A stretch of DNA of 64,000 bases from Methanobacteriota archaeon (GCA_027064425.1 JAMOPO010000003.1:100607-164606); one strand, 5' to 3'. Shown: positions 38,037 through 47,894, counted from the stretch's first letter. Numbers and translations are program-made. Notes: generated by a model not told the origin, from the sequence alone.

Positions 38037-41000
38037 TTGGTAAGCACCGAGCTCGCGATCGCCGCCATCGGAGCGGGCATAGCGGCGGGCGTGGCGGGAG
38101 TAGGTTCGGGTATCGGCCAGGGTATCGCCGCGGCGGCCGGTGCCGGAGCGGTGGCCGAGGACGAGCGAGCCTTTGGTAAAGCGATCGTGTTCTCGGTGCT
38201 GCCGGAGACGCAGGCGATCTACGGGCTTCTCATCGCGATCCTCATCCTCGCGGGAGTTGGGCTGCTGGGCGCGGCCAAGACGATCACGATGGGCGCCGCT
38301 CTGGCCGCGCTGGGCGCGGGCCTGGCGGTCGGTATCGCCGGCATCTCAGGCATCGGACAGGGCATCGCGGCCGCGAGCGGAATCGGTGCCATCCTTAAGG
38401 AGGAGGGCCTGTTCGGTCGCGCGATCGTGTACTCCGTCCTCCCGGAGACGCAGGCGATCTACGGCCTCCTCGTCGGCATCATTATACTCGTAGGGGCCGG
38501 GCTGCTGGGTGGCGGAGCCGGCAAGGTCTCCATCGGTACCGGTCTAGCCGCGATCGGCGCCGGGCTGGCGGTGGGACTGGCCGGTACCTCAGGCATCGGA
38601 CAGGGCATCGCGGCGGCGAGCGGGATCTCCGCCATCCTGCGGCGAGAGGAGCTCTTCGGACGGCTTTTGGTCTTCTCGGTACTGCCGGAGACGCAGGCGA
38701 TCTACGGCCTGCTCGTGGCGGTGTTGATCGCGCAGTTCTTGGGAATCCTTGGCGGACCGAGCTCCGTCTCCGTGGGCGCGGGCCTGGCCGCGCTGGGCGC
38801 GGGCCTGGCGGTCGGGCTGGCGGGAACCTCCGGAATCGGTCAGGGAGTTGCCGCGGCCAGCGGAATCAGGGCCATGGTCGAGAACGAGGGGATCTTCGGT
38901 CGGGCGCTCGTGTTCTCCGTCCTCCCGGAGACGCAGGCGATTTACGGCCTGCTGGTCGCGATCCTGGCACTGTTCTCGCTGTTGAGCCCGTCGCTTAGCC
39001 TGGCGGCCGGGATCGTGGCCCTGGGAGCGGGTCTAGCGGTCGGTATCGCCGGCACCTCGGGCATCGGACAGGGCATCGCAGCCGCGAGCGGTATCTCCGG
39101 CGCCCTGAAGCGGGAGGAGCTGTTCGGCCGTCTGATCGTGTTCTCCGTCCTCCCGGAGACGCAGGCCATCTACGGACTGCTCACGGCGATCATGGCCCTG
39201 TTCCTCGTGGGCGGCAGGGCGGACCTGGCGGCCGCGCTCGCGGCGCTGGGTGCGGGCCTCGCGGTGGGCTTCGGAGGCACGTCCGGCATCGGGCAGGGTA
39301 TCGCGGCGGCCAGCGGAATCCGGGCAATGGTCGAGCGGGCCGAGCTGTTCGTCCGCGGGATGGTCCTGTCCGTGCTGCCCGAGACGCGAGCGATCTACGG
39401 ACTGCTCATCGCCATCCTGGCGCTGTTCATGATCAAGTCCGGCTCGCTAGGCGCCGGCCTGGCGATGGTCGGAGCCGGCCTCGCGGTGGGTCTCGTGGGA
39501 GTCTCGGGCATCGGCCAGGGCTTCACGGCGGCCAGCGGATCCGCCACCCTGGTGAAGCACGAGGGCTTCTTCGGGCGGGCGATTATCTTCTCGGTGCTGC
39601 CGGAGACGCAGGCGATCTACGGACTGCTCACGGCGATCCTCGTGATGATGTTCGCCGGCCTCCTGGGCGGAGGCGCCGGCAACGTGGGCGTGGGAGCCGG
39701 TCTGGCCGCGCTGGGCGCGGGCCTGGCGGTCGGGCTGGCGGGCAGCTCAGCGATCGGCCAGGGTATCGCGGCGGCGAGCGGCGTGAGCACGTCCGCCGAG
39801 CGCTCGGAGCTGTTCGGCCGGTCGATCGTGTTCTCCATCCTACCGGAGACCCAGTCGATCTACGGGCTGCTCATCGGCATCATGCTGGCGGTGTTCGCGC
39901 TGAAGGCCAGCACACCGATCGCCGCAGGACTCGCCGCGATCGGGGCCGGTCTCGCGGTCGGTATCGCGGGCTTCTCGGGCATTGGTCAGGGAATCGCGGC
40001 GGCGGGCGGCATCGGAGCGCTGGAGCGGGACCCAGGCTCCTTCGGTAGGTCGCTGATCTTCTCAATCCTGCCGGAGACGCGGTCCATCTACGGACTGCTC
40101 GTGGCGATCCTGGTCATGGTAGGCCTGGGCATGATGGGGGGCGCGTTCGGCGGCAACGCGGCGGTGGGTCTGGCGGCCATTGGAGCGGGTCTGGCGATCG
40201 GCATGGCGGGCCTCTCCGGAGTGGGCCAGGGAGTCACGGCCGCGACCGGTATCAGCAACGTCGTCCGGGACCCGGGGCTGTTCGGACGGTCGCTGCTGTT
40301 CTCGGTGCTGCCGGAGACGCAGGCGATCTACGGGCTGCTGATCGCGATCATGGTGATGATGTTCCTGGGCATCCTGGGCGGCTCGAAGACGCCGACGCTC
40401 GGGGCGGGGCTGGCGGCGCTCGGTGCGGGACTCGCCGTCGGTATCGCGGGCAGCTCGGGTATCGGTCAGGGACTGTCCGCCGCGGCCGGTACGGTCGCCA
40501 TCGGCGAGCGGACGGAGCTCTTCGGCCGGTCGATCGTGTTCTCCATCCTGCCGGAGACGCAGGCGATCTACGGACTGCTCATCGGCATCCTGGCGATGAT
40601 GCCGATCATGACGGGGGCCGGCAGCCTCAGCGTGGCGGCGGGCCTGGTGGCCGCGGGGGCCGGACTGGCGGTGGGAGTTGCGGGCACGTCCGGTATCGGT
40701 CAGGGAATCGCGGCGGCGGGCGGCACGGGCGCGCTGTCCGAGCGGGGCGAGCTGTTCGCTCGGTCGCTGGTCCTGTCGATCCTGCCGGAGACGCGGTCCA
40801 TCTACGGCATGCTGATCGCCATCATCGGGATGTCGATGGCGGGACTGCTCGGCGGGACCCCCAAGGCGAGCCTGGCGGCCGGGCTCGCGGCGATCGCGGC
40901 CGGCATCTCCGTCGGCTTCGCGGGACTGTCGGGTGTGGGTCAGGGCGTCACCTCGGCCCGAGGCTCCGCCTCGATGGCCAAGCGCGAGGAGGCGTTCGGC

Positions 41001-41096
41001 CGCTCGCTGATCTTCTCCGTCCTGCCGGAGACGCAGGCGATCTACGGGCTGCTGATCGCGATCCTGGTCGTCTTCACCGCCCTCGCCGCCGCCTAA
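38037..41096 (+). CDS. atpK: A-type ATP synthase subunit K (c), 13 fused hairpin repeats
   Basis: I counted 13 copies of the G.GQG...LPET(Q/R).IYG hairpin in one 1019-aa ORF. Confidence 0.96.
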   Translation: MVSTELAIAAIGAGIAAGVAGVGSGIGQGIAAAAGAGAVAEDERAFGKAIVFSVLPETQAIYGLLIAILILAGVGLLGAAKTITMGAALAALGAGLAVGIAGISGIGQGIAAASGIGAILKEEGLFGRAIVYSVLPETQAIYGLLVGIIILVGAGLLGGGAGKVSIGTGLAAIGAGLAVGLAGTSGIGQGIAAASGISAILRREELFGRLLVFSVLPETQAIYGLLVAVLIAQFLGILGGPSSVSVGAGLAALGAGLAVGLAGTSGIGQGVAAASGIRAMVENEGIFGRALVFSVLPETQAIYGLLVAILALFSLLSPSLSLAAGIVALGAGLAVGIAGTSGIGQGIAAASGISGALKREELFGRLIVFSVLPETQAIYGLLTAIMALFLVGGRADLAAALAALGAGLAVGFGGTSGIGQGIAAASGIRAMVERAELFVRGMVLSVLPETRAIYGLLIAILALFMIKSGSLGAGLAMVGAGLAVGLVGVSGIGQGFTAASGSATLVKHEGFFGRAIIFSVLPETQAIYGLLTAILVMMFAGLLGGGAGNVGVGAGLAALGAGLAVGLAGSSAIGQGIAAASGVSTSAERSELFGRSIVFSILPETQSIYGLLIGIMLAVFALKASTPIAAGLAAIGAGLAVGIAGFSGIGQGIAAAGGIGALERDPGSFGRSLIFSILPETRSIYGLLVAILVMVGLGMMGGAFGGNAAVGLAAIGAGLAIGMAGLSGVGQGVTAATGISNVVRDPGLFGRSLLFSVLPETQAIYGLLIAIMVMMFLGILGGSKTPTLGAGLAALGAGLAVGIAGSSGIGQGLSAAAGTVAIGERTELFGRSIVFSILPETQAIYGLLIGILAMMPIMTGAGSLSVAAGLVAAGAGLAVGVAGTSGIGQGIAAAGGTGALSERGELFARSLVLSILPETRSIYGMLIAIIGMSMAGLLGGTPKASLAAGLAAIAAGISVGFAGLSGVGQGVTSARGSASMAKREEAFGRSLIFSVLPETQAIYGLLIAILVVFTALAAA
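38180..41070 (+). repeat. 13 diverged intragenic tandem repeats (about 235 bp average period) in atpK
   Basis: Recurring DNA cores CCGGAGACGCAGGCGATCTACGG and GGCATCGG(A/C/T)CAGGG. Confidence 0.9.
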
Positions 41097-41119
41097 CTCC
41101 CCTTCCGGGGTGAGCCGGC

Positions 41120-41722
41120 ATGGGCCTGGAGGAGCTGGAGAAGAAGATCATTGAGGAGGCCGAGCGCGAGGCGAAGGAGATCATCGAGGAGGCCGAGGAG
41201 GAGGCGGAGAAGATCCTGGATAAGGCCAAGCGTGAGGCCGAGGAGAAGCGCCGGGAGATCCTCGAGCAGGCCAGGCGGGAGGCTGAGACGCGGAAGCGTC
41301 GGGAGATCGCTCAGGCGAAGCTCGAGGTACGGCAGCTTCGACTCAAGGTCAAGGAGGAGTGCATCGAGGAGGCGATGGAGCGGGCCAAGGAAGAGATTCG
41401 GAAGATGGCGGAGGACGGGAGCCGCCGCTACCTGGAGTTCCTCGAGCGGGCGGCGATCGAGGCCGCGAGAGCGCTGTCGTCGGATAAGGTGATCCTGAGG
41501 GTCAACGAGCGCGACCAGGAGGCGATGGAGGAGCTCATCCCCGACGTGCGCGTGGAGGTGGACAAGGAGATCGAGCTGGGCGACCCGGTGGACATCCTGG
41601 GCGGCGTGATCGCGGAGAGCGAGGACGGGTCCGAGGTCTTTGACAACTCCGTGGAGGCCCGGCTGAAGCGCATGAGGTCCGAGCTGGTGAGGAGGGTCTC
41701 CGAGACCCTGTTCGGGGGCTAG
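41120..41722 (+). CDS. atpE: A/V-type ATP synthase subunit E
   Basis: N-terminal coiled coil and ILGGVI....DGS..FDNS.EARL. Confidence 0.93.
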   Translation: MGLEELEKKIIEEAEREAKEIIEEAEEEAEKILDKAKREAEEKRREILEQARREAETRKRREIAQAKLEVRQLRLKVKEECIEEAMERAKEEIRKMAEDGSRRYLEFLERAAIEAARALSSDKVILRVNERDQEAMEELIPDVRVEVDKEIELGDPVDILGGVIAESEDGSEVFDNSVEARLKRMRSELVRRVSETLFGG

Positions 41723-41728
41723 CGGTCC

Positions 41729-42856
41729 GTGGACCTGCTTCACCTCCCCACCCAAGACTACGTCCTGATCGCGGTGGGCGTGATCGCACTGGTCACGGTT
41801 CTCACCATCGTCCTCTCGATCCCGATCACCGAGGTGATCTGGAAGTACGCCCCGTACGCCTACCCGCTGCCCAAGGCCAAGGCGCTGGAGGCCGAGACGC
41901 TGGACGAGGACGAGTTCGAGGAGCTGAAGGACGCCTCGCTGCGCGACCTGGTGGCCAGGCTGGAGGAGCTGGGGCTGGAGCCCGAGTCGGTCAGACCCCT
42001 GCTACAGGGCAACACCGAGCCCGTGGAGGTGGCCATCAAGCGCCGCGCCGTCGAGTCCGTGATGGACCGGCTGGCGGAGTCCGGTCCGGAGGATCTGGAG
42101 GCGATGGTCCGCGCCCTGATGGCGCGGTACGAGCTCGAGGACCTGAAGGCCGTGATCCGGGCCCTGCACGCCGGTGAGGAGCCGGGTGAGCTCGTGGACC
42201 GGCCCGTCCTGCTGGACGAGGACGAGTGGCGGGAGGTCCGGGACGCGCAGTCGGTCCAGGAGGTCGTCGAGCGGTTACGAGGCACACCGTACGATCGGTA
42301 CCTGGAGGAGGCGGTGCGGGAGTACGAGGAGACGGGGTCCCTGTTACCCGTCGAGCTCGCGCTCGACCGCGCTTACTACGAGCACCTGTGGGAGCTGGTG
42401 ACCGGCGAGGAGGTGGACGAGGAGCTCGCCCGGCTGCTGGGGCTGGAGATCGACCTATACAACGTGGAAGTGGCCCTCCGCGGCGCCCTGCTGGGGCTGG
42501 ACCCGGAGACGATCCGCCGGGCGATGGCCGACGGTGGCTGGGAGCTGGCGGAGTGGAGGAAGCGGGAGCTTGCGGAGGCGGAGGATCCGGGCGAGGTCGT
42601 GGAGCAGGTGGCCAACACCTCCTTCGGCCGGTACCTGGAGGAGGCGATGGAGGAGTACTCCGAGTCCAAGGACGTTGAGATCCTGGACCGGGCCGTCCGG
42701 CGCGCTCGGTACGAGACGGTGTCCGACCTCATCCAGGGGGACATCGTGGGCGCGCCCGCGGTCGTCCAGGCCGTGTACGCCAAGCAGCGCGAGGTGGACA
42801 ACTTAATCGCCCTGGTCAACGCGAAGGTCGCCGACGTCGAGTTCGCCCCGGTGTAG
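41729..42856 (+). CDS. atpC: A/V-type ATP synthase subunit C
   Basis: YAPYAYP, L.GTPY, LALDRAYY and EIDLYN. Confidence 0.92.
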   Translation: MDLLHLPTQDYVLIAVGVIALVTVLTIVLSIPITEVIWKYAPYAYPLPKAKALEAETLDEDEFEELKDASLRDLVARLEELGLEPESVRPLLQGNTEPVEVAIKRRAVESVMDRLAESGPEDLEAMVRALMARYELEDLKAVIRALHAGEEPGELVDRPVLLDEDEWREVRDAQSVQEVVERLRGTPYDRYLEEAVREYEETGSLLPVELALDRAYYEHLWELVTGEEVDEELARLLGLEIDLYNVEVALRGALLGLDPETIRRAMADGGWELAEWRKRELAEAEDPGEVVEQVANTSFGRYLEEAMEEYSESKDVEILDRAVRRARYETVSDLIQGDIVGAPAVVQAVYAKQREVDNLIALVNAKVADVEFAPV

Positions 42857-42868
42857 GGGGCCCGCCCC

Positions 42869-43222
42869 ATGGCGTACACCGTCGCCGCGATCGTCGACAG
42901 CCAGATCGCCCCCGGCTTCCGCCTCGTCGGAGTGCGCACGATCGAGGCGGACGAGGTGAACCCGAAGGACGCCGTCCGCGAGCTGGCCTCCGACCCCGAG
43001 GTGGGCGTGATCATCCTCACCGAGGACGTCGCGGAGGAGGCGAAGGAGGTCATTGAGGAGATCCAGGAGGAGAAGCTCTCGCGCGGTGAGCCGACGCCTA
43101 TCTTCGTAACCATACCCGGACCCGAGGGACCGAAGGAGGAGGTCGAAATCGAGGAAATTGTTAAGAAAGCGGTCGGTGTCGAGATCGACGTTGAGAAGAT
43201 CGAGGGGCGGGGGAGGCCGTAG
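42869..43222 (+). CDS. atpF: A/V-type ATP synthase subunit F
   Basis: [21 protein letters not shown] and [10 protein letters not shown]. Confidence 0.93.
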   Translation: MAYTVAAIVDSQIAPGFRLVGVRTIEADEVNPKDAVRELASDPEVGVIILTEDVAEEAKEVIEEIQEEKLSRGEPTPIFVTIPGPEGPKEEVEIEEIVKKAVGVEIDVEKIEGRGRP

Positions 43223-43223
43223 C

Positions 43224-45005
43224 ATGGCCAAGGTGAAGGGTGAGATCGTGAAGGTGGCGGGTCCGGTGGTCGAGGCGGTCGGCTGCGAGGGCGCGCGGAT
43301 GTACGAGGTCTTCCGGGTCGGCGACGAGGGCCTGATCGGAGAGGTGATCAACGTAGAGGGCGACCGGGTCACGATCCAGGTCTACGAGGAGACGGCCGGC
43401 CTCCAGCCGGGTGAGCCGGTCAAGGGCACCGGCGAGCTGCTGTCCGTGGAGCTGGGTCCGGGCCTGCTGACCCAGATCTTCGACGGCATCCAGCGCCCAC
43501 TGCCCAAGATTCGGAAGAAGGTGGGCGACTTCGTCGAGCGCGGAATCATGCTGCCGGCTCTGGACCGGAAGAAGAAGTGGGAGTTCACGCCGAAGGTGGA
43601 GGAGGGGGACAAGGTCGAGGAGGGCGACATCCTGGGGACCGTGCCCGAGACCGAGCTCATCGAGCACAAGATCATGGTCCCGCCCGGCATCTCGGGTGAG
43701 GTGATCGAGATCGCGGCCGATGGCGAGTACACGGTCGAGGAGACGATCGCGGTCATCGAGGACGAGGAGGGCGAGGAGCACGAGATTAAGATGTACCAGG
43801 AGTGGCCGGTGCGCCGGCCCCGGCCGTACAAGCGCAAGCTCGACCCGGAGGAGCCCCTGATCACGGGCCAGCGCGTGATCGACACGTTCTTCCCGGTCGC
43901 CAAGGGTGGTACCGCCGCCATCCCCGGCCCGTTCGGGAGCGGTAAGACGGTCACCCAGCAGCAGCTGGCGAAGTGGGCTGACGCGCAGGTCGTCGTGTAC
44001 ATCGGGTGCGGCGAGCGAGGTAACGAGATGACGGAGGTGCTGGAGGACTTCCCGGAGCTGGAGGACCCGCGCACGGGCAAGCCGCTGATGGAGCGCACGA
44101 TCCTGGTCGCGAACACCTCCAACATGCCGGTGGCCGCGCGGGAAGCGTGCATCTACACGGGCATCACCATGGCGGAGTACTACCGGGACATGGGCTACGA
44201 CGTGGCGCTGATGGCGGACTCCACGTCCCGGTGGGCCGAGGCCCTGCGAGAGATCTCCGGTCGACTGGAGGAGATGCCGGGTGAGGAGGGCTTCCCGGCG
44301 TACCTGGCGTCCCGGCTGGCCGAGTTCTACGAGCGGGCGGGCCGCGTCGTGTGCCTGGGTTCCGACGACCGGATCGGCTCCGTCACGGTCGTGGGCGCGG
44401 TGTCCCCACCGGGCGGCGACTTCTCGGAGCCGGTGACGCAGAACACGCTCAGGATCGTGAAGGTGTTCTGGGCGCTGGACTCCAAGCTGGCGGACCGACG
44501 GCACTTCCCGGCGATCAACTGGCTGCAGTCCTACTCGCTGTACCTGGACGACGTCGAGGACTGGTGGCACGAGAACGTGGGCAAGGACTGGCGGAAGCTG
44601 CGCGACGAGGCGATGGAGATCCTGCAGCGAGAGTCGGAGCTGGAGGAGATCGTCCAGCTGGTCGGACCGGACGCCCTGCCGGAGAGCGAGCGCCTGATCC
44701 TCGAGGTTGCCCGGATGATCCGCGAGGACTTCCTGCAGCAGAACGCGTTCCACGAGGTGGACACGTACTGCCCGCCGGAGAAGCAGTATGAGATGCTGAA
44801 GACGATCATCCACTTCAAGGAGCGCGCGGAGGAGGCCCTGGACAAGGGCGTGTCCATCGACGACATCCTGGAGATGGAGGTCATCGACGACATCGCCCGC
44901 ATGAAGGAGATCCCGAACGAGGAGGCGGTCGAGAAGATCAGGGAGATCCGGAAGAAGGTGGACAAGGAGTTCGACAAGCTCATCGAGGAGGCCGAGGCCT
45001 CCTAG
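43224..45005 (+). CDS. atpA: A/V-type ATP synthase subunit A
   Basis: GPFGSGKT Walker [21 protein letters not shown] and PPGGDFSEP. No intein. Confidence 0.98.
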   Translation: MAKVKGEIVKVAGPVVEAVGCEGARMYEVFRVGDEGLIGEVINVEGDRVTIQVYEETAGLQPGEPVKGTGELLSVELGPGLLTQIFDGIQRPLPKIRKKVGDFVERGIMLPALDRKKKWEFTPKVEEGDKVEEGDILGTVPETELIEHKIMVPPGISGEVIEIAADGEYTVEETIAVIEDEEGEEHEIKMYQEWPVRRPRPYKRKLDPEEPLITGQRVIDTFFPVAKGGTAAIPGPFGSGKTVTQQQLAKWADAQVVVYIGCGERGNEMTEVLEDFPELEDPRTGKPLMERTILVANTSNMPVAAREACIYTGITMAEYYRDMGYDVALMADSTSRWAEALREISGRLEEMPGEEGFPAYLASRLAEFYERAGRVVCLGSDDRIGSVTVVGAVSPPGGDFSEPVTQNTLRIVKVFWALDSKLADRRHFPAINWLQSYSLYLDDVEDWWHENVGKDWRKLRDEAMEILQRESELEEIVQLVGPDALPESERLILEVARMIREDFLQQNAFHEVDTYCPPEKQYEMLKTIIHFKERAEEALDKGVSIDDILEMEVIDDIARMKEIPNEEAVEKIREIRKKVDKEFDKLIEEAEAS

Positions 45006-45027
45006 GCCCCCCACGCCCCTCCCGCAT

Positions 45028-45046
45028 CGTTACGGGGGTCGTAACG
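45028..45046. repeat. 19-bp palindrome CGTTACG-N5-CGTAACG
   Basis: CGTTACG-GGGGT-CGTAACG. The spacer is the trmY SD and the last G is the first base of the GTG start. Confidence 0.85.
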
Positions 45047-45627
45047 TGCGGGAGTTCCTCGTGATCTTCAACGAGGCCCCCACCACCCCGGAGCGCGTCA
45101 AGCTGAAGGACCTCCCCGGCTCCGGCCGCTTCGACCTCGTGTGCCGCGTCACGACGCAGGCCCTGCTGTACTCCCACGGCGTGCGCACGAACTCGGTGGT
45201 GCACCTGCTCCTGCGCGGCCCGGACGACCCGCCCAAGCTGATCACGGTCACCGGGCGCCGGGTGCGGCGACTGTACCCCGACGAGCGGACCACGGCCATA
45301 CACCTGCGGCGCGCCTTAGCCGCCGAGCCCGAGACGGAGCCGCACCCCGGGTTCTACGTCCGCAGGATGGACCTGAAGGACTTCCTGAACGAGTTGAAGG
45401 GAGCCACGGTCTACTACCTCAGCGAGGATGGAAAGCCCCTTGAGGAGGTGGACCCCGAGGAGGACGCCGTCTTCGTGCTCGGGGACCACGAGGGTCCGAC
45501 CTCGGAGCAGGACGAACTACTGCGCAGACGGGCGGACTCCGTGATCTCGCTGGGGCCGATTCCTTACCACGCCGACCAGTGCATCGTGATCATCCACCGG
45601 TACCTCGACGTCAAAACCGAGTCTTGA
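45046..45627 (+). CDS. trmY: tRNA (pseudouridine54-N1)-methyltransferase
   Basis: DLPGSGRFDLVCR, SHGVR, PDER, FVLGDH.G and ISLGP..YHADQCI (SPOUT). Confidence 0.93.
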   Translation: MREFLVIFNEAPTTPERVKLKDLPGSGRFDLVCRVTTQALLYSHGVRTNSVVHLLLRGPDDPPKLITVTGRRVRRLYPDERTTAIHLRRALAAEPETEPHPGFYVRRMDLKDFLNELKGATVYYLSEDGKPLEEVDPEEDAVFVLGDHEGPTSEQDELLRRRADSVISLGPIPYHADQCIVIIHRYLDVKTES

Positions 45628-45642
45628 GCGCCTTGGCCGGTA

Positions 45643-45661
45643 CGTTACGGACCCCGTAACG
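45643..45661. repeat. 19-bp palindrome CGTTACG-N5-CGTAACG
   Basis: CGTTACG-GACCC-CGTAACG, 15 nt after the trmY stop. Confidence 0.85.
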
Positions 45662-45735
45662 ATTCGGAGTATGACCGTTTCGGGGAACTCAACTAAAGCC
45701 GCCGGCTGGCCCTGACACCGAGGGCCCCGCCCAAC

Positions 45736-46185
45736 ATGCGCCATTTATACCTCACAGCCTTCCCGGACAGGGTTCTGTTCGCGGCCCTGGATGACGAGTT
45801 CCTCCCCGAGCGGGCCTACCTCAGCCATCGGGACGGTCGGTCCAAGTTCTCGACTGAGGAGTCCGAGATCTCCGTGAGCGTTGACGACGACTTCATCCTG
45901 AAGGCCAAGGAGAGGCTGGAGCGCGAGCTGAGGGAGGCGATGAACGGTCGTCCACGCCTTATTCGGGCCGAGAAGCGGGAGGACCTGCCGCGGGGCGAGG
46001 CCGTGGAGGTTTACGGGGCGGGCGCCGGCGAGGAGGTGTTCGCCGGCCGCTTCGAGCTGGGCGAGGAGGTCTACATCGCCGCCCGCGGGACGGACACCGA
46101 GACCGCCCGCGAGGTCACGGAGGTCTCGGAGGAGGTCCTGATGGACCTCCTGGCTCGGGTCATCGACCTGTATCACTCCTCCTGA
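45736..46185 (+). CDS. Uncharacterised acidic protein
   Basis: Open frame with host-like codons, no motif recognised. Confidence 0.6.
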   Translation: MRHLYLTAFPDRVLFAALDDEFLPERAYLSHRDGRSKFSTEESEISVSVDDDFILKAKERLERELREAMNGRPRLIRAEKREDLPRGEAVEVYGAGAGEEVFAGRFELGEEVYIAARGTDTETAREVTEVSEEVLMDLLARVIDLYHSS

Positions 46186-46475
46186 AGCCGCCGCCTCACC
46201 GACTCCACCTTCCCCTCCGCCGTCACCTCGCGGTCCAGTCGCTCGTCTATCCGCACCGTGAGGATGATTCTGTCCGCGTGCTTCACGGCCTCGTCGTGGG
46301 CGGTCCGAATCGCCTCCAGCGCCTCCTCGATGTCCTCGACCTCGACCACGGTCCCCATGGGTCCGACCTGCGGGTCGAAGCCCCTCTCCTCTAGAGCCCG
46401 GACGACCTCGGCCACCTCCTCGCTGAAGCTCGTGGATCCGGTGCCCAGGAAGTACACGGAGATCTCGACCAGCAC
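46173..46475 (-). CDS. MTH1187/YqgV (DUF77) thiamine-binding-like protein
   Basis: LVEISV..LGTGSTSFS..VA, GPMGTVVE, IDER.D and KVESV. Confidence 0.88.
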   Translation of the reverse strand: MLVEISVYFLGTGSTSFSEEVAEVVRALEERGFDPQVGPMGTVVEVEDIEEALEAIRTAHDEAVKHADRIILTVRIDERLDREVTAEGKVESVRRRLQEE

Positions 46476-46534
46476 CCGGCCGGCCCCCGACACATTAACC
46501 TGGGGACTCGATCGGGTACCGATCAGGGGCTGAG

Positions 46535-47284
46535 GTGAGGGTAACCGTCTCCTCACTAAGCGTTGGCGATTGGTGGGCGGACACGGCCCGGATTAACCGG
46601 CTCCCGGAGCTCACCGGTGCTGACGGCGTGGAGCTGATCCTGGAGGGTTCTCACCAGCCCTCCCGCTTCGAGCCTGAGGAGCTGAGCGTGGAGGTGGACT
46701 CCGTGCATGCCCCTTTCGCGGACGTGAACTTCGCCACCCCTAGCGAGCACCACCGCGAGTACGCGCTCGACGTCCTGCGCCGTGCGGCGGAGGTCGGTGT
46801 GGAGCTGGGCGCCCGGTACGTGGTCGTGCACCCCGGCCACCTCACCCCGGTCACCGTCAAGGATCGGGACCTGGCGCTCGACTTCTGCATCGAAACGCTC
46901 CGGGAGGCGAGGAAGATCGTGGGCAAGCTCGGGTTAACGCTGGCCGTGGAGAACATGCCTGACCACGAGATCCTGCTCGGAACCAGCCCCGAGGAGATCG
47001 CGGAGATCGTGCGGTCCAGCGGCTGCCACTTCGCGCTGGACGTCGGTCACGCGCTGACGTGCGACGGGTCCCCGCTCCCGTACCTGGACGAGCTCGAGCC
47101 GTGCGTGGTGCACGTGCACGACAACTCCGGGAAGAAGGACGAGCACAGGGCGCCGGGAGACGGCATCCTCAGGGTCGAGGAGCTGAAGGAGGTGCTGGAG
47201 CGCTGCGAGCTGCCCGTCGTTGAGGTGAAGGAGGTGAGCGACGCGCGCGAGGGCGTCGCGCTGGTTAGGGAGCTCACGCGATGA
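46535..47284 (+). CDS. Sugar-phosphate isomerase/AP endonuclease 2 TIM-barrel protein
   Basis: SVHAPF.D.N, VVHPG, VENMP, LDVGHA and HVHDN.G..DEH. Confidence 0.88.
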   Translation: MRVTVSSLSVGDWWADTARINRLPELTGADGVELILEGSHQPSRFEPEELSVEVDSVHAPFADVNFATPSEHHREYALDVLRRAAEVGVELGARYVVVHPGHLTPVTVKDRDLALDFCIETLREARKIVGKLGLTLAVENMPDHEILLGTSPEEIAEIVRSSGCHFALDVGHALTCDGSPLPYLDELEPCVVHVHDNSGKKDEHRAPGDGILRVEELKEVLERCELPVVEVKEVSDAREGVALVRELTR

Positions 47285-47285
47285 G

Positions 47286-47894
47286 TTACCCGCGAGCCAG
47301 CCCGTCCAGGGCTATCGCCCGGCCGTCCTTCAGCAGCAGCGGGTTGACGTCCAGCTCTGTCCAGCCCTCCTCCCGGTAGGCCTCCAGCACCCTGCCCACA
47401 AGGTCGCACAGGTCGTCCGCGTCCACCTCGGACAGCAGTGCGCCGCCCCCCTTCATCCTTCTCAACGCTCGCTCGACCTCCCCGGGGTCCAGCGGCGGGA
47501 GGCGAGCGATGTAGGTGCCCAGCTCCTCTACGAGGCCGCCGCCCACCCCCAGCAGGACCACCGGGCCGAAGGTGGAGTCCCGCTTGACGCCGAGGAAGGC
47601 CTCAACGCCGCCCGCCGTGTCCACGTGCCGCTGCACCATGATCCGGCCCTCCGGCCAGCGATTCAGCAGCTGCTGGGCGAACTCGGCGACGTCCTGGCGC
47701 GAGGGAACGGCGGTTTTGACGGCCCCGGCGCGGGCCCTGTGAGCGACCTCCGGGTGCAGGAGCTTAACCACGTAGGGTGGGTCGAAGTCCAGGTCGTGCG
47801 CCTCCTCCGGATCCTCGAGCACGGCGTGGTCCGGAACCTCGACGCCGTGGCGCTCCAGGGCGCTGAGGACCTCGTCCTCGAGGATCAGGGTCAA
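47286..47894 (-). CDS. ADP-forming acyl-CoA synthetase beta-subunit-like ATP-grasp protein
   Basis: P.VVKL....HR...GAV, E.FLG...D.TFGPVVLLG.GG..VE and ELDVNPL....DG...LD. Confidence 0.82.
   Translation of the reverse strand: MTLILEDEVLSALERHGVEVPDHAVLEDPEEAHDLDFDPPYVVKLLHPEVAHRARAGAVKTAVPSRQDVAEFAQQLLNRWPEGRIMVQRHVDTAGGVEAFLGVKRDSTFGPVVLLGVGGGLVEELGTYIARLPPLDPGEVERALRRMKGGGALLSEVDADDLCDLVGRVLEAYREEGWTELDVNPLLLKDGRAIALDGLARG

Noticed and set aside
38037-41096. Periodic DNA repeats as a possible CRISPR array
   Set aside because: The repeats are in-frame coding units with synonymous variation and about 235-bp spacing. No cas genes are present.
43161-45014. 617-aa antisense ORF opposite atpA (similar ones opposite lysS, lig, ths and secDF)
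   Set aside because: Shadow ORFs from high GC3 codon bias. They are Leu/Asp/His-rich mirror sequences with no motifs.
45665-45716. Possible C/D box sRNA (AGTATGA...CTGA)
   Set aside because: The C box is degenerate and internal boxes are absent. Partly explained by degenerate palindrome copies.
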